From Vicugna vicugna (Eukaryota): a stretch of DNA of 60,000 bases. The first letter of the stretch is position 1. The number at the start of each line of letters is the position of its first letter. The position numbers were made by a program, and so were the translations under genes. Shown one piece after another: positions 48,889 through 60,000 of the stretch. A model generated the notes under the pieces. The model worked only from the letters and a program-made list of their open reading frames with translations, made no database searches and was not told where the DNA came from. The stretch is from NCBI GenBank assembly GCA_013265495.1, contig MU058059.1, positions 3,759,502 through 3,819,501 on the forward strand. The letters are read 5' to 3'.

Positions 48889-50831
48889 ATCCATCCTGTT
48901 AGTGTCCTTGGAGTGACCTCAGAAGTCCCAAGTCCTAGAAGATGCCAAGACAGAGGCAGCGGGGTTCTTGGTTCACTGCGTGGAGGCTGACGGCCCAGGG
49001 ACGCAGCAACCTGGGAGCATCTGGACTCGTGCACCTGCTGGAGGAGCTTGTTAACGCGGTGTAACCTGACCCGTCCTGACCACGGCAGCTCCCGGGACTC
49101 AACAGGTCCCCCCACCGCCTCGCGTCTGACCCAGAGGCAGCCCGGGCACCCAGCCAGCTCTGACCCGCACTCACCAGCCCATACCACCCTTGCCCATTCC
49201 TCTCCTGCTCCTTTGTGAGTCCTTAACCTGCTGTCCTTCTGCCCTTGAACTGCTCAGACTTTGTCCACTACTCTGGGACAACCTGGGCTACTTATCCTTG
49301 GTGGGCCTAGAGCTTGAAGGATAAAGAATCTACTTTGGTTTTTATTTTCCTAAGCCCTGCCTAGCAACTTCTCTCTCTTTTTTTCTTTTAAGCTCTATTC
49401 TTCCCTAATGAGTCTGCCACCATGAAAAACAAAGAACAGAGTTTCTCAATAAGGACTATACTGCATTAAATTATTAATAAATCATCAAGCTTTAATTACA
49501 ATCGCAGAGTTCTGGGCGTGGAGATAAGGGAAGAAGTCGTTTTCCTTTATTCATGCCAAGTTGGCACTTTTATCCAAGGCCTGAGATCCTGGCATGGGAA
49601 GTTCTGCAGCAACAATTGTTTAAAGTGTAACCCAGCTGGGGCAGGCCACGGGGAAGTCAGCCCTGGCCCCACACCCACCTGAGTCCAAAATCAGCCCCCA
49701 TCAAGCAAACCCTATCCCGCACAGCCCGAGGAAGAAATGCGTATTTTCCTGAAACTTTCAGGAAAGCTTACTGGAGAGGCAGAGGGAAAGATCACAGGTC
49801 ATACCTCGGGGTAACTTAAAGCCCCCATCAGACATTTCTTAAATCCCCCAAAGTTCCTCTCCCTTGCCAGCTGTTTCTTCTCTTGGCCCTGGCCTGGCCC
49901 TGAAAACCCCTCCTCACATCCTCAGCAACTTTGCTTTCTGTCTCAGCTGCGTCCCTCGCTCAGCAAAACAAAGTCTCCCAGGGTGTCTGTGGGGACAAGG
50001 GGCTCCCAACCACCCACCACTCAACACAAACACACCCATCACCCTGCCGTTAGGGAGGGGCATAACGTGTAAGGCCAGCCTCCTGCTCTGCCTGCCTCCT
50101 TCCTTCCAGAGGGTCTCTCCTCATCACTCACACGAGGGAGACCTTTCCCTGTGAGCAGCTGCCAGGGGCCTCTAGCCTAAGTGCTCATCCTTGAAGGGGC
50201 CTGACTTTCTCCACCTGCTTGGTGGTCCTCCCTCAGTCACAGCCCAGCACCTGCTCATCCCCTGGCCCGGGAGCTCTCCGCTGGCCGGCAGCCGGGGGAG
50301 GGAGTCTGCTGTCCCCGTGTCACCTGCTCCCGAGCGCATGGTCCTAGAGGTGTCCCCGCAGCAGTGGTTCAAGGCAGTCGTCTTCCTTTGCTCTCCTGTT
50401 GGAGCTCCTGTGCTTTCCTATCCTCCTCTGTTATCCTGAGCCCCTTATTTTTCCTCTTGCTCCAAACCAAATACTGTTTATCAGTCGTAGGAAGGGCTTT
50501 GCAGGCTCCTGCCCGAGCGCCCAGTGATACTTGAGCTTCCTGTGCAAGCCCGACCCGGCCGCAGCCCTGTGACCAGGCTCCACAGGGAGAAGGGTGCCTT
50601 CCCAGGCAGGGCTGGGCAGGGAGCCACCTGAGCACAGAGAACTGTACCTGGAAAATGACCTTCTCCCCCCCTCTGCTACTCCACGTCGCGGCCAGGGGCC
50701 CAGCCCTGGGTCACTGCTGCCTGCACTGGGGTGCACGTCTGATTTCAGAGCTGGTTTATAGGTCTCTCAGGGCTCCTTGGGGCCTGGATTGAGAAGATCA
50801 GCTAGTCATGGTCAGTCCCTGCTTAGGATTT

Positions 50832-51061
50832 TATTTCACTTCTTTTTATTTTTTTATTGGAGTATAGTCAGTTTACAATGTTGTGTCAGTTTCTGGTGTA
50901 CAGCATAGTGGTTGAGTATATATATATATGTGTGTGTATATGTATATATATGTATACACACATATATATATATATTTTTTTTCTCTTCCTGTTTTTCATT
51001 ATAGGTTATTTTAAGATACTGCGTGTAGTTCCCTGTGCTATTCAGTAGATCCTTGTTGTTT
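50832..51061 (-). mobile_element. Very short L1 3' UTR insertion with internal (TA)/(TG)/(CA) microsatellite and degenerate TSD
   Basis: Collinear with the 3' ends at 29947 and 44164. Flanked by CCTGCTTAGGATTT (50818-50831) and CCTGCCCAGGATTT (51062-51075), 12/14 identical. Confidence 0.9.
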
Positions 51062-53439
51062 CCTGCCCAGGATTTAAAAATTGGGAAACAGAGCTGCTGT
51101 GGTTGTCCGGGGGGACTGAGGATGGGGGGCTGAGGCCATGTTTGGGTGAGCCTGGGTGTGCAGTGTGGTGGGGGAGAATGAGATTGGAGAGACCCCCCCC
51201 AGCCCCCACCTTGTGCAACCCCAAGGTGGGACCTGCCTCCCATCTCAGAGGTCTCATTCTTGCTCTTGGGAGGTGGGATTCTTTTCTTTCTAAGCTTGTA
51301 AAGTTAAAAATACCCTGTAATTGTACAGGTGAAATTTTAACAGACACCTAGATAGCAACCACCCAGTTAACAAATTAACAAATTAATAACAAATAAATCA
51401 GGGTTGCTCCAGATACACACACTGTGAAAGATTTGGGAATCATGACTAAGTTTAAAGTTGGCTTTTCTTGTTTGCCCTCTCCTGGTCCTCCATTCCTTCA
51501 CTGGAGGAACCACTGGAAACGTCCCCATGAGCATTCACCAAAGGCACAGGACCTGCTGCATCAGGAAGAAGAGGGGATTCCAGAATCCCAGCTTCTGTGT
51601 GCATCTTGCTGACCAGAATCTGGTCTCATGGCCCTCCTGAGATGGGAGGCGCAGAAAACAAGGGTGTGGCTTTGTTGCTGTTGTTTTGTTGTTGGTTTAA
51701 TCTCACCTACTGCTTGGCACAAAAAATGGTTCTTTTCTGATGGAAAGAGGGAATCGTCCTGCCAGTGAGGTGTGATTTATCACTTGCCTTACGTCTCTGG
51801 TGTGTTTTCTGATTTTCTGCGAGCCAGGAGGACGTTTATTTGTATGGTTCTGCTAAGGGTCCAGAGTGTTCCTTCCCTTTTGAGAACTTCTGTGTCCCGT
51901 TTTGGAAAACCCACTGCCTTCTATGGTACCGCCATCTGCTTTTTCTGAAACATCCTGTTCTAGGCACCAAGGCTCTCTAATTGTCTTTTGAGTTGTGTCC
52001 AATTTTCTGTTTAAGTATTTATCAAGCTGGGTTTTCAAAAAGTTTCATGATTATAGTTTATATTACTTTCAGTTCCATTCTTGGATTGTGGCATCTTTTT
52101 CTTTATCTCTTTGAACTTGAAAAAAATTCCTTTATGAAACAAGATTGACTGTGAATTTATACTGGAACTGCCTGGTAGATACACAGGGCTTTTTTTTCTC
52201 TATGCCTTTGTTTGAGGTTTTTCATTAAAATTTTTAATGATGGTTCTATGATTATGAGCAAGTAAGAACATTAGTTTTCAGCATTTATTAATGGTGCCTT
52301 TTGCCTGGTCTGGGGCTATTCTCTGATGTGTAGAGAGCTGGGGCTCCTTCCATCCCTCAAGCACATGTTCCTTCAGTGCCTCTCACTCACTGCAAGATAG
52401 CAGAGTACACCTATGGGCACCTACATTCCCTGAGTGACACAGACCGCAAACCAAAAGGGAATCCACAGTGATCAATAAAGTTACATCTACGTGAAAAAGC
52501 TTTAATGATAATACTCATTTAAAGTGCTCTGGATGATTCAGTTTCCCCCTAGTTCTAGGGGCGACTGGTCACTGCCTGGGGTGATGTGATGTTATCAGCC
52601 CGAGAATTCGTCCCTGGCAGGTGCTGCCTCTGTGGGACACGCAGGCGACCCTACTTCAGTGGAGGCAATGGGCTTATTCCTGCCTGGCCTCAGGCCCCGT
52701 ATCCTGTGGAGAGTCAGAGCCAGGGCTCTGTGCACCTGCGGCACGTCCGGGACCCTGGCATCCACCAGCGGACCCTTCCCACCACATCCTGGTGTGTGGT
52801 GATTCTCTCTGGTTGCTCATCGGGGCCACTGGGAGGGTTTGGTTGTTCTTTCTCGCCCCGGGCGACCTTTAGCAGGGAGTGTCATGCAGGCACACAGGTC
52901 TGCTTCCCGTGTGCGGCTGGTCCTCCCCACCCCACAGCCGTCCTGCAGGCAGCAGAGCCCTGGAAGCTTCTGGGCTAAAACCCTTGGTTTCATCTCCTAC
53001 TGTCTGTTCTGAATCGGGGCTTATTCCTGGCACCTGGATTTCCCTCATATAGAGACCAAAAGATGTTATTTTGTTACATGTCCCCACATTCCATATTTTG
53101 GGGCCAGAGGAGGGAAATGGGCTTGGAAGTCTGCTTATGTCTGGATTCTGTCCAGGGTCCCTGCTGGTCCAAGAGCTCTTGGCATCCTTCATGAAAGTCC
53201 CCCTTGTCTTAAACTAGGTTGAGTATCTGGACTTTGCAGTCAGGGAGGTCTGACAAGACAGGTGTGGCATGGTCAGGGAAAGGTGGATGGTGGGCGAGGG
53301 GGTGGGGTGATGAGCAGTTTTATCTCTGGGAGTCTAGAAAAAGACGAGCTGGGGAGGGGGCAACGTGACTGACTTGTGAGTCAGAAAGACATGCAAGCAG
53401 CACTTAAAAAAACCCCAACTGGTGGGGAGAGGGGAGCAG

Positions 53440-54420
53440 GGAAGAGAAGAGAGGCAGAAATACTGTTTACATGGCCATCGGACATCACAGTAACCCAGGT
53501 GAGAGGTGACAAAGTCCTGAGCCAGGGCAGCAGGAATGTGGGTTTTCAGGAAAAACAAATTAAAATCTGTGAGTATCTGGCCTGGCTCTGCCAGACCTTT
53601 TTCCACATGTTTTGTCTTTATTATTATTATTATCCCCATTTTACAGAAAAGATATTAGAAGCTCAAAGAGATCAAGTAATTTGATCTAATTCATTTAACT
53701 AAGACGTGGTTGAGTCAGAATTTGGACTTAGGTCTCTAACACGAAAGCCCATCCATGTCCTTTTCTTTATGTAAGAGACCTTGTTACAGGAGCTGGTGGT
53801 AGCTTGTCCGTGGAGGGTGGGGACGAGGAGGAGAGAAGAAATCTCGCGGTCGCTCGCGCGGGTGCTGCTGTTAGAGAGATGGGTGGCAGGAGGCAGGCTG
53901 GTCTTGGGGAGGAAGAGAATTAGGCCGTTTTGTGCAGTGGCCGGGGGTCATCTAGGCAGAGATTTCTGGGGGATGGTTGGAAATAAGGAGAGAGCTCAGC
54001 TGGAGATTCTGCCCTTGAAGTCACTGGCTGAGTGCTGGTTATGGAAGCCAAGGGAGGGGTGAGCCTTCAGTGAGCTGGGAAGTGAAGAGAGGTGCCTCTG
54101 AAGACGTTGCTGTCTAAGAAGGGGCGTGGATGGAGCCCGCTGAGGAGTTGAGAAGGATGGTAAAAAGGTGCACAGAGAATCCGTAGAGAGGAGAGTCTCA
54201 AAAGCTGAGATAAGAGATCTTTTTTTTTTCAATACAGAGGGAATTTTCAATACTAACAAATGCTAAAGAGGCAAATAGGATCTAGATGGAAAAGAAGACG
54301 TTGGCTCTGCCAGTCGAGAAGTCTGGGATGACTGTGTGAGCACAGAGGAGAGGAGGGGTGATTTCTGCCGGGGCAGGTCAGAGAGGTACAGAGCGGAGTA
54401 GGCGTGTGAGTCAGAGCTGA
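53440..54420 (-). mobile_element. Degenerate LINE-2 fragments (flanking the MIR)
   Basis: CAGTAACCCAGGTGAGAGGTGACAAAGTCCTGAGCCAGGGCAGCAG and GGAGAGAGCTCAGCTGGAGAT...GAAGCCAAGGGAGGGGTGAG resemble antisense L2. Confidence 0.5.
53617..53752 (-). mobile_element. MIR SINE
   Basis: ATTATTATCCCCATTTTACAGAAAAG...GAAGCTCAAAGAGATCAAGTAATTTG...GAGTCAGAATTTGGACTTAGGTCT. Confidence 0.8.
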
Positions 54421-55261
54421 AGGGTGGTGGGGTTGTGCCTGGCAGAGAGGAGGGGAGAGGGAACAACATGGGGGAAAACAGAACTTCGGGATGTAGTCAG
54501 AGCTCTCTGGGTTTCTGCAGACAACAGTGAGCTGTCAGCACAAGTGTCTTAGGCCATGTCAGCGTTTTGGAGAATCTTTTGGTTGCTCTTTCCACTGCAG
54601 ACAAAATAGCTGGGATTGGGAAATAGGACTGGTGTCTTCCAAAGGGACACGGGGCTCAATCCTTTATGAAAACAGAGTTCTAATCAGACAGAGTAAGGGG
54701 AAGATTCTGCAAATGGGTCTTTGGGGAGCACGTCGTGATCTAGAAGGGTAGTAAACACCAGCTGCTGTCACAAGGAACCCCAGGGCTCTCAGCAGCTTGA
54801 ACAGCCAGAGTTGAGTCCTCACTCCATGTCTGAGGGGCTCCAGCACCACGTCCAGTCAGCCCCCCTCCACATGGAGCTCAGTCCCCTGTGTTCTCGACCC
54901 TCCACTCCAGCCATGCGGACAGGGCAGGAGACCACGGAGAAGTCCTGCCAGGCCCTTCCACACCCCAGGCCAGAAGTGATGCTGCCCTGCTGTTCACATT
55001 CTGGAAGCCGTAGCTGGTCAGATGGGCAGCCTCCCCGCAGGGGCTGGAGGACACGTGAACACACTGACGTGGTGCGCACCGGCTGCACGTTCCGTCAATA
55101 ATTTGGTGTTAAAATATTAATCATTAAAATGTTCTTTTCTTCCCTCGGAAAATGTAAATGGCTGTAGGCATTGTCCATTTTCCACGTTTTGAGGTAAACT
55201 ACGTTCTCTGATTCGGAGGGCACCATCTCATCACCTTTTTAAAAACAAATTTTCCTGTTTT

Positions 55262-55912
55262 TCATGGGCGTGTAAATTGGTGCAGCCACAGAAGAAAACA
55301 GGGTGGAGGGTCCTCCAAAGATTAAAACCAGAACTGCTGTGTGACCCGAACTCCCGAAGGCCCACTAACACATGTGCATCTGAGGGAACCGGCCCCTGCC
55401 TTGTTCACGGCAGCATCATTTACAGTATTTGCATCGTTCACAGTTTTTCCAAGGCATAGAAACAGCCTCAGTGTCCACTGACAAGTGGGTGGAGCAGACT
55501 CAGCCACAGGAGGAACGAAATCCTGCCGTCGTGACAATGGGGGTGGACCCTGAGGGCCCGTGGTAGTTGAAGTGAGTCAGGGGGACGAACACCACGTGAT
55601 CTTGCTTATGTGAGGAGTACGAAACACAAAAACTGAACTCACACATACAGAGAACAGAGCGGTGGCAGCCGGGGGGCGGGGGGAATGGGTGAAGGGGGTC
55701 AAAGGTACAAAACTCCAGTTACGAGACGAGTAAGTCCTGGGGATGTAGGGCAGGTGTGGCGACTCCAGTGGCTGAAACGGTTCATCTTGAAAGTTCTCAT
55801 CACAGGAAAAAACCTTTTTTTAAGCTCTATGAGGTGATGGATGTTTAAACTTACATTGTACTCCTGAAACTGATACAAGGTTATTTGTCAGTTATATTTC
55901 AATTCAAACAAA
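55262..55912 (+). mobile_element. L1MA9-like 3' fragment with internal deletions
   Basis: GTAAATTGGTGCAGCCAC...GAAACAGCCTCAGTGTCCA...GGGGTCAAAGGTACAAAACTCCAGTTA...AAGTTCTCATCACAGG...GTCAGTTATATTTCAATT is collinear with 34095-35259. Confidence 0.88.
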
Positions 55913-56369
55913 TGAAACCCTGAATTTCATGTTACTTCAACTCTTCCCTTAGACTTGGAGCAACTTGTCTCCACGGTTTGAGACCTCAGGATTGTGTTCC
56001 TAGGCATTTGCCAAAGTGAAGCGAATTCCCAGGGTGAATTGAGTTGGGTGGATCCAAGGCGAACCGTTGTGGTTGGCGGCGTGGGGCCCATCCCACAAAG
56101 GGGACCCTTCTGTGGAGGGGCTGAGTCAGCTCTGCCAGCTTGTGGTATAGGGTCAAGACCTTATTTTTGCGTATTCAACCAAGGACGCCTTCATTAATAG
56201 CAATTTTAAGAAAGAAAAGAATACCCTCACAACATTGTTTTAATTTTCCTTCTTGCAGTTTGTTTTAATACTCACGGGAATTCTCCTTAGAGTGGAAGGA
56301 TCCTGTGTTTCCGTGTGTCCATCGTCTGCCTCCCTGACTCCATCCTCCACACTCTGTCGGTGGCCCTGT

Positions 56370-56600
56370 CACATGGGCTGACCAGGGCTCCACTGGGCAG
56401 GCTCTCCTTTGCCTCCAGACGTCTGCACGGGGCGCTCTCCAGGAGGGCCTTTCCCAAGTTCATTCTCATTTCTAGGCCTCAGCTTGAACGTCACCTCCTT
56501 AGAGAGGGTATCCCTGGCTCCCCACGAAGAGCACCCCCATTCTTCTCTATCACGTCACGTCATGTGTTTTTCCCAGTCTAAGTACTTCGTTCTTTCTTTA
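56370..56600 (+). mobile_element. LINE-2 fragment
   Basis: AGGCCTCAGCTTGAACGTCACCTCCTTAGAGAGGGTATCCCTGGC resembles L2 TCTCAGCTCAAATGTCACCTCCTCAGAGAGGCCTTCCCTGAC. Confidence 0.65.
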
Positions 56601-59600
56601 GGTTTCTACTTATCTGTTGCACTAAGACGTACGCTTCCTTAACGAACATGTAGACAATGCTCTTTCCTGAATTCTTCCCGCGGGTTCTTTTCCTGAGCAA
56701 ATTCTAAGAGAGATTATTGAACCAACGTTGTAACCTTGCAAACATCGTAATGATTCTTGAGGTGTAGTTACTATATTGCTCTCCAGAAGTTGTCCCGGGG
56801 TACCCTACTGTGGGAGGTAGTTTTGCACCCATTTCACCCTGTTACTGTCAGTACGGGGTTCGAGTCAGCCTATGACAGCAGGTCCCACCTTTAACAAGAC
56901 AGTCCGAAACAAGACATGGGGTGAACCAGGTGTCATTTTCACACTTCCAGACCATGCTGTCTTGGCTGAGCCATGGACTTCAGTCTCCAGGAGAATCTAC
57001 AGTGGCTCTGAAACTCTGCCTGGTCTCAGGCCGATCTTTTCACCTCAGCCCCAGTCTCAGAAGTCAGTATCAGGCTGGGTGATACTGACACTGATAAACA
57101 TAGATGGATCGCATGAAGATTTTTAGAAGACTTACCAAAAAACCCAAACAAACAGCCTTTTTCCTAACATTCTGTGTTGGACCTTGAGTTATCTGAGTCC
57201 ACACAGTCTCCAAATGCTGTGTGAGAGAAAGAATACTCAGAATCATGTGGGGAGCATCTCAGTTTACAAGACGCACTTTAGGAAGAGCGTGTGCTGAGGG
57301 CATAATAAAATCCGGGGCTTTGGCATCACTGCCTGGGGGTCCCCTCCATGAGCCGGGCGGGGACTGGAATCCTTGGGAAAACTCACAGTGCCCCATGCTC
57401 TGAGCGCCTCCAGTTTCCCACTGCTTTCAGGACAGAGCAATTGGCCTGATATGCCCTTGTTTTCAGTAGGGGTTTTAGAACCCTCAAGGGGCCAGTGATA
57501 ATAAAACTTGGGTTTTTTTTTTCCTCTCCCACCAAATGCTTAGGTAAAAACTCTGAGGCTGTATCTGTTTCCAGCTAGATGAAACTAATCTGAGAGCACA
57601 GACGCCTGGAAGATTCCTTTCAAGCCAGGGTCCTAAGGGGAGGGGCCCGGAGGGTCCACCTTGGGTCCTCAAGCCCTGCCCGGCAACACAAGCAGCTCTG
57701 CCCAGCTGCCACCACCAAGTAAAGACCCCCTCATCTGACTTTCAGACGGGGCTCTGCGTTCCGCGTGCTGTGAGCATATGATCAGTGTCTCCCTAGGGGG
57801 ACCTCTGCATCAGTTAGCAGGTAGCATTTTGGACTTGCTCTTGATCTTTGAAAAATCAAGTCTTACTACACCAGATGAGAATGTTTGTATTCGCTGGATC
57901 TCACCATCAAAACGTCATTTAGTCAAGTGTCATTTGAAGCAGAGAGGTGCTGTTGAAGTAACTGCTTTGACCTCTTTGTGAAGGTAACACATGAACCTAG
58001 TCCAATGTAGATCGTGTTGGGGGCTCTGAGCGTCTCCACACTTCTACCTGCCCTCCCTCTCTGCTCATCCCAAAGAGAAGTTGCTGGACTTGTCAGGAGG
58101 ATCCTATTTGTTCGTCTTCTTATAGGGCTCCTTGCTGCTGCTGACATCTTGGCAGCCATAGCCTCCACTCTTGGTCACTTGTGGATTTATTTTAGATTCT
58201 CAGTGTTTTAATTAGTACCATCCCAATTCTGTACTTTTTGAAGTCTCTTTGGGGTGGAGGGGGATACAGCATTCTCGATCTGTGTGGGCCACCAGCACCC
58301 CGAGAGGGACAGAAGTCCTCCTCTCCAACTCCTTCTGATAATTAGTATCAGCCTGACAGTTCTGGAGACGCCCCCCGAACACTGCTGAACAGGAATCAGG
58401 GTTCGTGCCTGAGGGGCCGGTGGGCAGTGGGGCAGGCCCCAGCTAGCCGTGTCTGGAGATGAGGGCTGTATGTTCTCACCAGCCTCGCCTGGGATGCGAT
58501 TTTAGGTTTCAGTAAATACTTTCACTGCTCATATTAGCCAGTTTGTTCAGGGAACAGGTAGGCATTGTCTCATTTAATTGATGTATTTAATTACATCGCT
58601 TTTCTCTTTCTCCTCTGCACACTTGTAGTCCATGAATTCTTTGCTGCTGCTTTTGCAAACTATGGAGTCAACATTGTTTCCCCTTGTTGGCATGTTGATC
58701 TTTTATTTGCAATTAGATACTCCCAGAAATTGTTCACGTTTTGAGATAAACAGCTATGACCCTGACGGCTTTGTGCCGGGAGGATGCCGCCGGAGGCCTT
58801 GGGCCCAGTACTTGCCCTCCTCTGTCCCGCCAAGGCCTTTCCGCTGAAATGGGAGTGTCACTCTGATGGGGCCGTAGCAGATTTTCTGCTCTTCACAGAG
58901 CTGAGTGGATGGGCAGATGATCAGTTTGCCGATCCTTGTGATGTGGCATCAGGCAACCACATATTAGGGCTTCAAATTTGACCACTAAGATTTTCGTTTC
59001 CTTGGGTTAATGAAGAGGCTGGGTTGAGAAATTTAAAGTAATGCAAAATAGATTACAAAATTCTTCTGTATACCCTGCATGACTTAATGGAGTTTACCAG
59101 AAAGAGAGATGTTCAGATATCTTTGTGACGCTCCTATATCTCATGAAAAGTTAAGTCACTTTCTCGGCCTCCAGGGTTTGACTCTGGCCTGGGATCTGTC
59201 ACTGCGCAGGCTGCTGCTCCTTTACCTTCAGTGAATTTGCCTCGAGGAGCCGGACTGAAACTTGAACCTGGTCACACTCCCTCCAGGGTGATCCCGGCGG
59301 TGTGGAAGACCTGCAGGGCAGCCTGAACAATTTGCTTGCACTCAGGAGGAACATGAGCCTGTGAGACACTTGAAAGAAACTGGGTTTTCATGTCGCCTTC
59401 ATGTTTTATGAGCGTTAGGAAAATGCTGGCTGTTTACTAATTATCAAAGCTGTTTTTATGACTTCCCCAGAGAAAAATAAAAAAGGAAAGGCTCCAAGCG
59501 CTTATTCCTTTCAGCCTGGGATGAAAGCTTGCCCTTTAGTGCTCTTGGGGATGGCCTGGTTTGCCGCCCTGGAAAATAAAACTCAGGATGCATGTTCAGG

Positions 59601-60000
59601 AAAGCGGGAGGCTTTGAAGTTGGAGGTCAAGCAGGAACAGCTGTCTTGAATGGCTCGGCCGCGCTGGCCTGACGTGACAGACGCATCCACGCACTGGCCC
59701 TGCCCTTCCAGGCTGGTGTGCCACAGATGCTCAGTGCTGATCAGCAGAGGACACGATGCACCAGCCCAAGGCCCCAGGGCCCCTCAGTGTCTGTCCCAGA
59801 GGAAATAACATGGCCACGTTCTCCATGGAAGCCACAGACACAAGGAAAACAGAAACTGAGAACACGCTTTGCTGCTGAAAATCTCATTATGATGATTTAA
59901 GACTGTCAATCAGGTTTGACTGGAACAAAAACATTTCTGCCTTTTTCAGCTCCTGAGGCCTTGGAGCTGCCATCGAGCAGAAAAATATTTTCACCATGGA

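Noticed and set aside
58881..58952. Good-looking acceptor TTTTCTGCTCTTCACAG followed by a short open frame
   Set aside because: No canonical GT donor nearby that I can support, and the peptide is not recognised.
1..60000. Remaining 60-224 aa ORFs; prokaryote-style systems (CRISPR, retron, operons)
   Set aside because: The ORFs overlap in all frames, are rich in Pro/Gly/Ser/Arg, lack recognisable domains and often start at non-ATG codons. There is no regularly spaced repeat-spacer array, and the only RT present is plainly LINE-1.

Overview
This is mammalian nuclear DNA, most likely from a camelid (alpaca, llama or camel), inferred from a Vic-1-like tRNA-derived SINE and artiodactyl-type L1 3' UTRs. 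It is not prokaryotic: there are no operons, CRISPR arrays or rRNA genes. I recognise no host protein-coding exon, so the window reads as intronic or intergenic, and nearly all short ORFs in the track look like chance ORFs in ~50% GC DNA. The dominant feature is a young, 5'-truncated LINE-1 (~10100-13200, + strand) with perfect 12-bp target-site duplications. It carries an uninterrupted 923-codon ORF2 remnant with PIP box, RT and CCHC motifs but no endonuclease, and its start codon is supplied in frame by the TSD itself. The rest is a layered repeat landscape: older L1 3' fragments, L2, MIR, MaLR LTRs, MER53/MER3 hAT MITEs and microsatellites, plus a few repeat-poor, motif-dense stretches that may be enhancers. 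Repeat family names come from my recollection of consensus sequences, and boundaries of old repeats are approximate. I found no convincing new biological system. The most unusual observations are the TSD-supplied ATG, two apparently compensated +5/-5 micro-rearrangements inside ORF2, and a possible tail-only retro-insertion.
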